A stretch of DNA of 64,000 bases, from the NCBI RefSeq assembly GCF_009914755.1, contig NC_060930.1; one strand, given 5' to 3'. This DNA is from the human T2T-CHM13v2.0 reference genome, Homo sapiens. Both the position numbers and the translations under genes were made by a program. Positions within the stretch are counted from its first letter, which is position 1. Each line of letters begins with the position of its first letter. This document shows positions 13,815 to 26,872 of the stretch, piece after piece. The notes under the pieces are model-generated. The model saw nothing but the letters and a program-made list of their open reading frames with translations. It searched no databases and had not been told where the DNA came from.

Positions 13815-16160
13815 TAGGCGTGCCTCAGAGATATTGCAGGATCAATTCCAGGCAACTGCAATTAAACAAATAAAGTGAATCACACAAATTGTTTGTTTTC
13901 TAAATGCATATAAAAGTTTAGTAAGTGTGCAATAACATTATATCTAAAAAGTACATATTTTAATTTTAAAATACTAGCAATCATCTGAACCTTCAGCCAG
14001 TTGTAATGTTTTTACCCGTGGAAGGTCTTGTCTCAGCGTTGATGGCTGCTGACTCACAAGGGTGGTGGTCACTGATGGTTAGAGCATCTGTAGCAATTTC
14101 TGAAAATAATACACTGAGGTTTATGGCATCTATTGACTCTTCCTTTCAGAAAAGATTTCTCTGTGGCATGTGAAGCTATTTTACCCAGAGAAGAATGTGT
14201 TTCAAAATTGGAGTAAATCCTCTCAAACCCTGTTGCTGCTTTATGAACTAAGTTAACGTAATACTCTAAATCCTTTGTTTTCATTGCAACAAGTTCACAC
14301 ATCTTCACCTGGAATAGGTTCCATCTCAAGAAACCACTTTTTTGCTTATCCACAGGAAGCAAGTTTTCATTCATTCAAGTTTGATGATGAGATTGCAGCA
14401 ATTCAGTCACATCTTCATGCTCCACTTCTCACTCTGCTTCTCTTGCTATTTCTACCACATTTGCAGTGATATCCACTGTTGAAATCTTGAACTCCTCAAA
14501 GTCGTCTGTAAAGGTTACAACTAACTCGTTCCAAATTCCTGTGCATGTGGGCATTTTGACCTCCTCTCATGAATCACTAATATTCTTAATGGCATGTAGA
14601 ATGGCGAACACTTTCCAGGAGGTTTCAATTGACTTTCCCCAGACCCACCAGAGAAATCACCATCTATGGCAACTTACAGCCTTATGAAATGTATTTCTTA
14701 AATAATGAGACTTGAAAGTCAAAATTATGTTTTGATTCATGGGCTACAGAACGGTTGTTTTGTCAGCAGACATAAAAACAACATTAAACTTCTTGTACAT
14801 CCAAATTAAAGCCCTTAGGGCACCAGATGCATTGTCAAAGAGCGGTAATATTGTAAAATGATTTTTTTCTCTGAGTAATGGGTCTCAACAGTGGGCTTAA
14901 AATATTTAGTAAACTATGCTTTAAACAGAAGTGCCGTCATCAAGACTTTATTGCTCCACTTATAGGGTGCAGGTAGAGTAGACTTATAATTATTAAGAGC
15001 CCTGCAATTTTTGGAATGGTAAATGAACATTGGCTTCAGCTTAGTCACCATCTAGCCCCTAAAAAGATTTAGCCTGTCTTTTGAAGCTTTGAAGCCAGGC
15101 ATTGACTTCTCCTCTCTAGTGTTAAAAGTACTCAATGGCATCTTTTTCCAATAGAAGGCTGTTTTGTTCACCTTGAAAATCTGTTGTTTAGTGTAGCTAC
15201 CTTCATCAATGATTTTAGCTAGATCTTCTGGATAACTTGTTGCAGCTCCTCCTACATTAGCACTTGCTGCTGTTTCACTTTGCACTTTTATGTTATGGAA
15301 ACGGCTTATTTCCTTACACTTCATGGACCAACCTCTGCTAGCTTCATACTTTTCTTCTGCAGCTTCTTCACTTCTATCAGCCTTCATAGAATTAAAGAGA
15401 TAGGACCTTGCTCTAAATTAGGCTTTGGCTTAAGGGAATGTGGTCACTGGTTTGATCGTCTACCCAAACTATTCAAACTTTCTCCAAATCAGCAATAAGG
15501 CTGTTTTGTTTTATCATTTGTGTATTCACTGGAGTGTAGCAAAAGTACAAAAGTGTGTAGCACTTTTAATTTCCTTTAAGAAATTTCCCCTTGAATTTAT
15601 AACTTGACTAACTTTTTGACACAGGGCCTAGATTTCAACCTTTCTCGGTTTTCAACATGTCTTCCTCACTAAGCTTAATCATTTCTAGCCTTTGATTTTA
15701 AGTGAGAGACATGCAACTCTTCATTTCGCTTGAGCACTTAGAAGTCATTGTAAGATTTTTGGGTGGCCTAATTTTAACATTGTGTCTCAGGGAATAGAAA
15801 GGCTCCAAGAAGAAGGAGAGAGATAGGAAAATGACTGGACAGTCGAGCAGTCAGAGCACACACAATATTTCTTAAGTTTGCCATCTTACATGTGCGTAGT
15901 TGTAGCACCTCAAAACAATTGCAATAGTAACATCAAAAATCACTGATCACAGATCACTATAACAGATATAATAATGAAAAGGTTTTAAATATTATAAGAA
16001 TTACTAAAATGTAACACAGAGACAAAGTAAAAACATGCTTTTGGAAAAATGGGACCAATAGATTTGGTTGATGCAGAGTTGCCACAAACTTTCAATTTGT
16101 AAAGAATTTTATATCTGCTAAGTGCAATAAAGTGAAGCACAATAAAACAAGGTATGCATG
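13815..16160 (-). mobile_element. Tigger1 DNA transposon, near full length
   Basis: TIR remnants TAGGCGTGCCTCAGAGATATTGC and CAATAAAACAAGGTATGCATG, flanked by TA on both sides; about 2.35 kb. Confidence 0.95.
14069..15748 (-). pseudogene. Tigger1 (pogo-like) transposase remnant
   Basis: Fragments MIKLSEE…, EASRGW…[20 protein letters not shown]…AFYWKKMP…GFKASKDRL and TKDLEYYVNLVHKAA; frameshifted with stops. Confidence 0.9.
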
Positions 16161-16295
16161 TAAATATTTTGCATATTGACCCATGAGGTTATTACTCAGG
16201 TGAATATAAATATAAATAAGTATAAAATTTATATAACTTTACACATGATTTATATACGTTATTGTATGTCTGTTGTCCTTCAATAAAACATTTTT

Positions 16296-16577
16296 TTAAT
16301 TTTTTTTATTATACTTTAAGTTTTAGGGTATAATGTAACAACGTGCAGGTTAGTTACATATGTATACATGTGCCATGTTGGTGTGCTGCACCCATTAACT
16401 CGTCATTTAACATTAGGTATATCTCCTAATGCTATCCCTCCCCACTCCCCCCACCCCACAACAGGCCCCGGTGTGTGATGTTCCCCTTCCTGTGTCCATG
16501 TGTTCTCATTGTTCAATTCCCACCTATGAGTGAGAACATGTGGTGTTTGGTTTTTTGTCCTTGCGATAGTTTGCTGA
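16296..16577 (-). mobile_element. Young L1PA (PA3/4-like) 5'-truncated 3' end
   Basis: TTATTATACTTTAAGTTTTAGGGTA…GTGTGCTGCACCCATTAACTCGTCATTTAACATTAGGTATATCTCC. Confidence 0.9.
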
Positions 16578-16689
16578 CAGAATTTAAAAATATATGTTTA
16601 CTGCATGAATTTTGTATAATCAGATATGCAAAACATTATAATATTGGGTTAAATAAAAATCCAAATTTGGGGACTTCGTTTTAGATAGT

Positions 16690-17530
16690 CTTTTTATCAA
16701 ATGCTTTTTTGACATCTATTGAAATAATTATATGGATTTTGTTCTTCACTCTGTTGGTATGATTTAGCACATTGATTGATTTGGAAATATTGAAACATCC
16801 TTGCAACCCTGGCACAAATCTCACTTTATCATGATGAATAATCTTTTTTAAGTGTTGTCGAATTCAATTTGCTAGTATTTTATGGAGGATTTTTGCATCC
16901 ATGTTCATCAGAGATAGTGCTGTGTAGCTTTCAATTTTTGTTGTGTCTTTGGTATTGGTATCAAGGTAATACTGGCTTTGTAAATTGGGTCTGAAAATAT
17001 TCTCTACTCCTTAATTTTTTGAAATAATACCTTGAGTAGGATTGGTATTTTGTTCTTTAAGTATTTGCAGAATTCATAGAAACATCATCAGATTCTGGGC
17101 TTTTGTTTGATAGGAGACTTTTTATTATTGCTTCTATCTTCTACTTGTTATTGGTCGGTTTATGTTTCAGATTTTTTCATGGCTCAGTCTTCATAAGTTG
17201 TGTGCATCTAGGAATTTATCCATCTCTTCTAGGTTTTCCAATTTATTAACATACACTTGCTAATAATAGTTTCCAATGATCCTTTGAATTTCTTCTATCA
17301 GTGGTAATGTCTCCTTTTTCGTGTTTTTTTAAGCTAGTCTGGCTAAAGGTTTGGCTATAATATCATTTCAAAAAAACAACCTTTTATTTTATAGATATTT
17401 TGTATTTCTTTTCAGGCTCAGTTTTATTTCTTCTCTGATCTTTTATTTCTTTTCTTCTACTGATTTTGTAATTGCTTTGCTCTTGCTTTTCTGTTCATTA
17501 AGATGCATCATTAGGTTGTTTATTTACAGC
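16690..17530 (-). mobile_element. L1MA/L1PB-age ORF2 fragment
   Basis: TTATCAAATGCTTTTT…CATCTATTGA (antisense SIDAEKAFD region) to AAGATGCATCATTAGGTTG; homologous to 20230-21810 of the adjacent L1. Confidence 0.8.
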
Positions 17531-18049
17531 TTTTTAATATGTTTCCATTTTTATGGGTACATAGTAGGTGTATATATTTATGGGGTATATGAGATATTTT
17601 GATACAGGTATACTACATGAAATAATCACATCAGGGTAAATGGGGTATCCATCACCTCAAGCATTTGTCACTTTGCTGTGTTACAAACATCCCGATTATA
17701 TTATATTGGTTATTTTAAAGTATACAATAAATTATTGTTTATTTCAATTACCCTGTTGATATCAAATAATAGATCTCATTCATCTTATTTTTGTACCTAT
17801 TAACTATCCGCACTCCCCTGCTACCGTTCCCAGCCTCTGCTAACCATCATTTGACTCTCTATCTCCATGAGTTTAATTGTTTTAATTTTTAGTTCCCACA
17901 AATGAATGAGAACATGTGAAGTTTGTTTTTCTGTGCCTGGCTTATTTCACTTAACAGAATGACCTCCAGTTCCATCCATGTTGTTGCAAATGAGAGGATT
18001 TCATTCTTTTTATGGCTAAATAGTATTCCATTGTGTATATGTACCATAT

Positions 18050-18353
18050 TTTTCTTCTTTTTTTTTCTTTTTTTTTTTTTGAAACAGGGTTTCTTTTTGT
18101 CACCCAGGCTGGAGTGCAGTGGTGAGATCACTGCTCGCTGTAGCCTCGACCTCTTAGACTCAATTGATCCACTTGCCTCAGCTTCCTGAGTAGCTGGGAC
18201 AAGAGGCATGTGCCACTAACCTGGCTACTTTTTTTTAGAGGTGGGGTTTTTCTATGCTGCCCAGGGTGGTTTTGAACTCCTGGACTCAAGAAATCCACCT
18301 GCCTTGGCCTCCCAAAGTGTTGGGATTACAGGTATAAGCCTCTGTCCCTGGCC
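18050..18353 (-). mobile_element. AluJ in L1MA
   Basis: CTCGCTGTAGCCTCGACCTC and CTGGACTCAAG J-type positions; degraded TSD ACCAT(A/G)TTT. Confidence 0.88.
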
Positions 18354-20387
18354 ACCATGTTTCCTTTATCCTTTCATCTATTGATGAACATTTAGGTGGC
18401 TTCCACATCTTGCCTATTGTGAACAGTGCTATATTAAACATGGAAATGCAGATATCTCTTCAATACACTGACTTTCTTTCTTTTGGGTATAAGCCCAGGA
18501 ATGGGATTGCTGGATCATGTTATAGCTCTTTTTTAGTTTTTTGAGGAACTTCCATAGTGTTCTCCATAGTGGATGTACTAATTTACATTCCCACCAACAG
18601 TGTACAAGGGTTCCTTTTCTCCACACCCTCGCCAGCATTCATTATTGCCTACCTTTTAGATAAAAGCCATTTTAACTGGGGTGAGATGATATTTCATTGC
18701 AGTTTTGATTTGCATTTCTCTGATGGTCAGTGATGTTGGTCACCTTTACATACACCTTTTTGACATTTGTATGTCTTCTTTTGAGAAATATCTATTCCAA
18801 TCTTTTGCCCATTTTTTAATCAGATTATTAGATTTTTTTTTCTATTGAGCTGTTTAAGCTTTTTACATATTCTGGTATATGTTAATTCCTTGTAAGACAG
18901 ATAATGTGCAAATATTTTCACCCATTCTGTGGGTTGTATCTTCACTTTGTTGATTGTTTCCTTTGCTGTGCAGAAGCTTTTTAACTTGTGATACCATTTG
19001 TCCATTTTTGCTTTGGTTGCCTTTGCTTTTGTGGTATTACTCAAGAAATCTTTGCCCAGACCAATTTCCTGGAGAATTTTTCAAAGGTTTTCCTTTAATG
19101 GTTTCATAGCTTCAAGTCTTATATTTCAGATTTTGGTCCATTTTGATTTAATTATTGTATATGGTGAGAGATAGGGGTCTACTTTCATTCTCCTGCATAT
19201 GGATAGCCAGTTTTCCCAGGGTCATTTATTGATGAGACTGTCCTTTAACCAATATATTTTCTTGGGTTATTTATTGAAAATGACCTTGCTGTAGATGTAT
19301 GGATTTATTTCTGAGTTCTGTATGCTGTTCCACTGGTCTATGCGTCTGTTTTTATTCCAATACAATGCCATTTTTGTTACTATAGCCATTTTTGTTACAA
19401 TGCCATTTTTGTTACTATAGCTCTGTAGTATAATTTTAAGTAAGGTAATGTGATTCCTTCAGTTTTGTTCCTTTTGCTCAGGATGACTTTCATTATTCTG
19501 TATCTTTTGTGGTTCCATATAAATTTAAGACAATTTCTTTCCATTTTTTTGAAGAATGTTATTGGTAACTTACTAGAAATTGCATTGAATCTGCACCTTG
19601 CTTTATGTAGTACTTTAACAATTTTGATTCTTCCAATCCATGAACATAAAATATTTTTCCATTTTCTTATATCTTCTTCAATTTCTTGCATCAGTGTTTT
19701 ATAGTTTTCATTGTAGAGATCTTTCACTTCTTTTGTTAAGTTTAGTCCTATGTATTTTATTTTATTTGTAGCTATTATAAATAGGATTGTTTTCTTAATT
19801 TTTTAAACAGATTGTTCACTGTTGCATATAGAAATGCTATTGATTTTTGTATATTGATTTTGCATCCTGCAACTTTACTGAATTTATCAGTTCCAATAGA
19901 TTTTGGTGGAGTCTTCAATTATTTCCAAATATAAGATACTATCATCTGCAAACTAAGATAATTTGACTTCTTTCTTTCCAATTTGGATGCCTTTTATTTC
20001 TTTCTCTTGTCTGATTGGTCTAGCTAAGACTTCCAATACTATATTGAATAAAAGTAGTGAAAGTGGGCGTCCTTGTGTTCCATATCTTACAGGAAATGCT
20101 CTCAGTTTTTACCCATTCAGTGTGATACTAGCTGTGAATCTGTTATATATTGCTTTTATTGTGTTGAGGTATGTTCCTTCTACATCAGTTTTTTTTTTTT
20201 TTGAGGGTTTTATCATGAAGGGATGTTAAATTTTATCAAATGCTTTTTCAACATCAATTAAAATGATCGTATAATTTTCCTCCTTCATGCTGATGATATG
20301 ATGTATTATGTTGATTGAATTGCATATGTTGAGCCATCCTTGCATCCCTGAGATAAATCCCACTTGGTCATCATGAATGATCTTTTT

Positions 20388-21086
20388 TTAAAAAAATTTT
20401 ACTTGAAGTTCGGGGATACATGTGCAGAACGTGCAGGTTTGTTACATAGGTATACATGTGCCATGGTGCTTTGCTGCTCCCATCAACCCGTTATCTAGGT
20501 TTTAAGCCTCTCATGCATTAGGTATTTGTCCTAATGCTCTCCCTCCCCTTCCCTCACCGGCCAACTGGCCCGAGTGTGTGATGTTCCCCTCCCAGTGTCG
20601 ATGTGTTCTCATTGTTCAACTCCTACTTATGAGTGAGAACATGCAGTGTTTGGTTTCCTGTTGCTGTGTTAGTTTGCTGAGAATGATGGCTTCCACCTTC
20701 ATCCATGTCCCTGCAAAGAACGTGAACTCATTCTTTTTTATGGCTGCATAATATTCCATGGTGTATATGTGCCACATTTTCTTTATCCAGCCTATCATTG
20801 ATGGACTTTTCGATTGGTTCCAAGTCTTTGCTATTGTGAATAGTGCTGCAGTAAACATACGTTTGCATGTGTCTTTATAGTAGAATGATTTATAATCCTT
20901 TGGTTATATACCCAGTAATGGGATTGCTGGGTCAAATGGTATTTCTGGTTCTAGATCCTTGAGTAATCACCACACTGTCTTACACAATGTTTGAACTAAT
21001 TTACACTCCCACCAACAGTGTAAAAGCATTCCTATTTCTGCACAGTCTCACCAGCATCTGTTGTTTCCTGTCTTTTTAATAATCTC
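20388..21086 (-). mobile_element. L1PA8-like 5'-truncated insertion within L1MA ORF2
   Basis: TCTAGGTTTTAAGCC…ATGCATTAGGTATTTGTCC diagnostic; TSD CAT(C/G)AT(G/A)AATGATCTTTTT (20369-20387 / 21087-21105). Confidence 0.88.
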
Positions 21087-22718
21087 CATGATAAATGATC
21101 TTTTTAATGTACTGTTGAATTTGATTTGCTAGTACTTTGTTGCAGATTTTTTATTCGATGTTCATTAAATATATTGGCCTGTAGTTTTCTTTTTTTTCAT
21201 GTGTCTTTGTCTGGTTTTGCTATCAAAATATACTCATAGCATGAGTTTGGAAGTGTTTCCTCCTTCTCTATATTTTTGAATAATTTGAGTACAATTTCCT
21301 ATTAGTTCTTCTTTAAATGTTTAGTAGAATTCAGCAGTGAAGCCATTGGGTCCGAGACTTTTCCTTGCTGGGAAACTTTTTATTACAGCTTCCTTCTGGT
21401 TATTAGTGTAGTCACGTTATGGATTTCTTCATTTTCAATGTCATAAGTTGTATAAGAATTTATCCATTTTTTTCTAAATTTTTTATTTATTGGCATATAG
21501 TTGCTCATAGTAGTCTCTAATGATCTTTTGGATTTCTTTGGTATCAGTTGTAATGTCTCCTTTTTCATCACTGATTTTATTTACTTGAGTCTTCTCTCTC
21601 TTTTCTTAGTCTAGCGAAATTATTGTTTATTCTGCTTATCTTTTCAAAAAACCAACTATTCATTTTATTGACTTTTTAGTTGTTTTTTATTGTTTCATTT
21701 TTAAAATTTTTATTCTAATATTTATTATAACTTTTCCTCTACCACTTTTGCTTCATTTGCTCTTGCTTTTCTAATTCTTTAAGATGCATCAATAGGTTAT
21801 TTATTGGAGAATTTCCTACTTTTTAAATGGAGGTACTTATTGCTATTAACTTTTCTGTTAATACTGCTTTCTCCATGACCTATACATTTTGATATGTGTG
21901 TTACCATTAACATTTATTTCAAAAAATTGTTTAGATTTCTTCTTAATTTCTTCACTGGTCATTCAGGAGCAAATTGTTTAATTTCCATGTGTCTGTATAG
22001 TTTCCAAAGTTTTTTCTGTTACTGATATCTAGTTTTATTCCACTGTGGTCAGAAAAGATATGTGATATTATTTTAATTTTTATAATTTTTAGAACTTGTT
22101 TTTGGCCTAACATATGGTCTGTCTTTGAAAATGATCCATATGCTGACAAAAAGAATATGGATTCTTCAGCCATTGAATGAAATGTTCTTAGATGAGATGA
22201 GATAGTTTGATGAAATATCTATTAGGTTCATTAGGACTAGAGTGCCAATTACATTTTATGTTTCTTTGTTGATTTTCTCTCTAAATGATCTTTCCAATGC
22301 TGAAAATGGGGTTTTGAAGTCTCCAGTTATTATTGTATTGGGGTATATCTCTCTCTTTAGCTCTAATAATTTTTGCTTTATATATCTGGGTCCTCTAGTG
22401 CTGGGTGCATATATATTTACAAATGTTATATCCTCTTGCTGAATTGACTCCTTTTATCATTATATAACGACCTTTTTGTCTCTTTTTATACTTTTTCTCT
22501 TAAAATCTATTTTGTCTAATAAGTATAATTACTCCTGTTCTTTTTTGGTTTCCATTTGTGTGGAATATCTTTCTCCATCCCTTTGTTTTTAGCTTATGTG
22601 TGTCTTTATAGGTGAAGTGTGTTTCTTATAGCAATAGATTGCTGGGTCCTCTTTTTATACCCATTTGGTCCCTCTATGTCTTTTGATTGGAATGTTCAGT
22701 TCATTCACATTCAATGTT

Positions 22719-22867
22719 TTGTTTTTTGTTTTGTTTTGTTTTGTTTTGTTTTGTTTTAGTAGAAACAGGGTTTCACCGTGTTAGCCAAGATGGTCTCAAT
22801 CTCCTGAACTCGTGATCCACCCCCCTTGGCCTCCCAAAGTGCTGGGATTACAGGCTTAAGCCCTGCC
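22719..22867 (-). mobile_element. Alu left monomer with AluY-type diagnostics and a (CAAAA)n tail
   Basis: CACCGTGTTAGCCAAGATGGTCTCAATCTCCTGAACTCGTG; no right arm; flanks CAATGTT/CAGTGTT. Confidence 0.85.
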
Positions 22868-22934
22868 CAGTGTTATTAGTAAGGACTTACTCCTGCCATT
22901 TTGTTGTTTTCTGGGTTGTTTTGTGGTCTTTTTT

Positions 22935-22986
22935 TTCCTTCCTTCTTTCCTTCCTTCCTTCCTTCCTTCCTTTTTCCTTCCTTCCT
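22935..22986. repeat. (TTCC)n simple repeat
   Basis: Read directly; lies in the L1 ORF1-ORF2 spacer. Confidence 0.9.
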
Positions 22987-25899
22987 TTCTGTCTTCCTTT
23001 TTATAAAAGTGATTTTTTCTAGTGGTATGTTTTAATTTCTTTCTTTTTTTTGTATCTGTTGTAGGTTTTTTGTTTTGAGGTTATCATGAGACTTGCAAAT
23101 AACATCTTATAGCCCATTATTTTAAACTGATTAAAACCTAGCACTAATTGCAACAAAAATAAACTAACAGAAAAACTAATAAAAATTCTACACTTAACTT
23201 CATCCTTCTTCTCACTTTTTACCTTTTGTTGTATCTGTTTATATTGTACGATACTCTCTATGTCTTAAAAAGTTATTGTAGTTACTATTTTTGGTAGGTT
23301 CTTCTTTTAGTCTTTCTACTTAATATATGAATAGCTTACAAACACCACAATTATGGTATCATAATGTTCTGTATTTCTCTGTGGACTACTACCAATAAGT
23401 TTTGCATCTTCAAATGATTTCTTATTGCTCATTAACATCCTTTTATTTCAGATTGAAGAACTCCAGTTAGCATTTCTTTTAGGACAGGTTCAGTGTTAAT
23501 AAAATCCACCATCTTTTGTTTGTCTGGAAAATTATTTATTTCTCCGTCATGTTTGAAGGATATTTTTTCTGGATATACTATTTTAGGATAAAAGAATTTT
23601 TCTTCAGCACTTTAAATATGTCATGACTCTCTCTCAGCCTGTAAATTTCCCACTGAGAAGTCTGCTGCCAAATATATTGGAGCTACTTGGTATGTTAGTT
23701 GCTTCTTTTCTGTTGCTGCTTTTAGGATCCTTTCCTTATCCTTGACATATGGAATTTTGATTATTAAATGTCCTGCATAGTCTTAAGGGGGTCAAATCTG
23801 CTTTGTATCCTGTAGCTTTCTTGTACTCAAATATTAATATCTTTCTCTAAATTGGGAAAGTTTTCTTTTATTATCCCTTTAAATAAAATTTTTAACCCTA
23901 TCTCTCTCTCTACCTTGTCTGTAAGGCCAACAACTGGTAGATTAGCCATTTTGAGCCTATTTTCTAGGTTTTGTAGTTATCTTTCATTCTTGTTTAGCCT
24001 TTTTTCTTTTGCTCCTCTGTGTATTTTCAAATAGCTTGTCTTCAAGTTCACTGATTCTTTCTTCTGCTTGATCAGTTCTGCTAATGACAGTCCCCAATGC
24101 ATTCTTCCATATGTCAATTAAATTTTTCAGCTCTAGCATATCTACTTGATATTTTTAAAACATTTAGATCTCTTTGTTAAATTTCTGTGATAGAATTTTG
24201 AATTTCTCCTCTAGCTTACCTTGAATTTTGTTGATCTCCCTCAAAACAGCTATTTTGAATTCCCTGTCTGAAAGGTTATGTATCTTTGTCACTCTAGGAT
24301 TGGTTGTTTGTGCCTTATTTAGTTCAGTTGGTGAGGTCATATTTTCCTGGATTATCTTGATGCTTGTTGATGTTCATGGCACCTGGGTATTGAAGAGATG
24401 GGTATTTATTGTCATCTCTGCAGTCTGGGCTTGTTTGTACCCATCTTTCTTGGGAAGGCTTTCCAAGCATTCAGAGGAAATTGAGTGTTGCAATGTAAGG
24501 CTTTGGTTACTGCAGACATATCTGCCTTAGGGGGTACCCCAAGCCCAGTAACACTGTGACTCTTACAGACTACTAAAGGTACCATCTTGGTGGTCTTGGG
24601 TGAGATCGGAGAGAATTCCTGGATTACCAGGCATAGTCTCTTGTTCTCATCCATTACTTTTCCCCAAATGAATAACCTTTTTCTCTATCCTAAGCTGCCT
24701 GGGACTAAGGAAGGGATGACACAAACACCCTGGTGGCAACCACCACTGGGACTGTTCTGGGTCAGTCCTGAAACCACCACAACATTGAGTTTTGCACAGG
24801 GATTGTGGTGACTGCAGCCTGGCTGCCAATGCTGTTCACTCAAGGTCCAAGGGCTCTTCAGTCAACAGGTAGTTGTGGTAAATCCAGATAGATTTGTGTC
24901 TTTCCCTTCAGGGCAGCAAGCTCCCCTCCCAAGCTCATATCAAGTCTAGAAATTCTGTCTGGGAGCCATGACCTAGAGTCAGCAACCTTAGGACTCTACT
25001 TGGTGCTCTATTCCACTGAAGCTGAGCTCGTGCCCAACTTACAAGACAAAATACTTGTCTCTCTTTGCTCCCCTTTCCACAAGCAGAGGAGCAACTCCCC
25101 AGGGTCACTATAACTCCAGGTTCATGGTGAGTACTACCTGGCTACCGCTGGTGTTCACTCAAGGCCCAAGGGCTCTGCAGTTAGTTGAGTCAGTTGCTGC
25201 CAGGTCTTCAGAAAGTTGCTAGCATGCCTGGATCTCTCCCTTCAGGAAAGTGGGTTCCCTTCTGGCCGAGGGCAAGTCCAGAAATGCCATACAGGGGCCA
25301 ATGCCTGGCATCGAGGTCCCCAAAAGCCTGTGTGGTGCTCTATTGCACTGTGGCAGAGCTGGTACCCAAGCGCAGGGCAAAGTCCCCTTTAAGTCTTCTC
25401 TCTCCTTTCCTTGAGCAGAAGGAGTCTCCCTGTAGCCACCACCATTTGGAATGTGCTAGGTCATGCCTTAAGTCAGCATGGCACTGGATCTTACCCAAGT
25501 CCTGTGGCAAGTGCTGCCTGGCTATCATTGATATTTATTCAAGGCCCAAGGTCTCTTTAGTCAGCAAATGATGAATCCTGCAGGAACTGGGTTCTTCTCT
25601 TCAAGGCAGCGGGCTCCTTTCTGTCACAAGGTGTGCCTATAAATGTCATCTGGGAGCTAGAGCCTAGAACACATAGTACACAGGTCTCAGGACTCTCCCT
25701 GGTGCCCTATTCTACTGTAGGGCTGAGCTGGTACCCAAGTTGCAAGACAAAGTCCCCTTTATTTAACCCCCTCTGTTCCTCAGTCAGAAGAAAGGAGTGT
25801 CTCCTTGGGCTTCATGAAGGAAGTGACCCTTTAAGATTTTCCTTTTAGTGTGAGTAAGACATTGACGGGGGAGAATAACAAACAAAAAATACATTGAAG

Positions 25900-26280
25900 G
25901 AAACATGCAATGTATATTTAGGGAATGGTCAGCAGGCCCACCTCACTGTAGCAGAGTAGAGTTAGATTCAATACAACATTTTGGAAAATGGATTAGAGCA
26001 TAAAGGGACTAGAACTAGAACTATTTATTCATAATCCAGATCAAGAACACTGCAGAAGAATACGGCAATGGAATGGAAGCCTAAAGTCAGATCTAGAGAC
26101 ATTACAGAAGGAGAATTACCAAAATTGGTCACTAGTTAGTCATAGGCATGGATGATAAAGAATTAAAGATGAGGCCACGGTTTTGAACTTCAGTGATCAG
26201 CGAAATTGTAGTATCATTAACAAAAATAAGAAACTCCAAATTTTGAAGGTCAAAGAGAATTTAAACATCACTTATTTGAG
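25900..26280 (-). mobile_element. L2 fragment
   Basis: AGATCTAGAGACATTACAGAAGGAGAATTACCAAAATTGGTCACTAG…AATTAAAGATGAGGCCACGGTTTTGAACTT, antisense L2 ORF2. Confidence 0.65.
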
Positions 26281-26341
26281 AACTTTCTCTTCATCTGTGT
26301 GTTATTATGTGTTCCTGCAACAGTTTAAGATACAGGGATTG

Positions 26342-26653
26342 GGCCGAGCACGGTGGCTCATGCCTGTAATCCTAGCACTTTGGGAGGCTGAGATGGGTTG
26401 ATTGCCTGAGCTCAGGAGTTCAAGACCAGCCTGGGCAACATAGTGAAACCCCATCTCTACTAAAATACAACAACAACAAAAAAAAAATCAGCCTGGAGTT
26501 GTGGTGGGTGCCTGTAATCCCAGCTACACGGGAGGCTGAGCACGAGAATTGCTTGAACCCGGGAGGTGGAGGTTGTAGTGAGCCGAGACCGTGCCACTGC
26601 ACTCCAACCTGGGCAACAAAGTGAAATTCTGTCTCCAAAAAAAAAAAAAAAAA
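26342..26653 (+). mobile_element. AluS inserted in a MIR
   Basis: Full dimer; TSD AAGATACAG(G/A)GATTG (26327-26341 / 26654-26668). Confidence 0.93.
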
Positions 26654-26872
26654 AAGATACAGAGATTGGAGAAAGAGTATTCAAATTGTAATCCTGTTTC
26701 TGCCATTTGGTAGCTGTGTTACCTTGGGCAAATTATATAAACTCTCTTGTTTCAGCTCCATCTTCTGTAAAAATGAATAATAATAACCTTCCCTACTTCA
26801 GAGGGCTGTACATTGTCTGACACACCCTTGTCAAGTGGTCAATAAGTGTTACCTAGCATTATTATTACTATT
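26654..26872 (+). mobile_element. MIR
   Basis: AATCCTGTTTCTGCCATTTGGTAGCTGTGTTACCTTGGGCAAATTA…CTGTAAAAATGAATAATAATAACC. Confidence 0.85.

Larger units (their letters stand above)
17531..25810 (-). mobile_element. Near full-length L1MA2/3-type LINE (3' UTR, ORF2, ORF1, repetitive 5' UTR)
   Basis: 3' end GGGTACATAGTAGGTGTATATATTTATGGGGTA; ORF2 remnants [11 protein letters not shown]…WIGRI, SDHSGIKL and [11 protein letters not shown]; ORF1 region 23.4-24.4 kb; GC-richer 5' UTR to about 25.8 kb. Confidence 0.9.

Noticed and set aside
14069-15748. Domesticated TIGD1-like transposase gene
   Set aside because: Frame broken into short pieces and TIRs present: a decayed Tigger1 copy.
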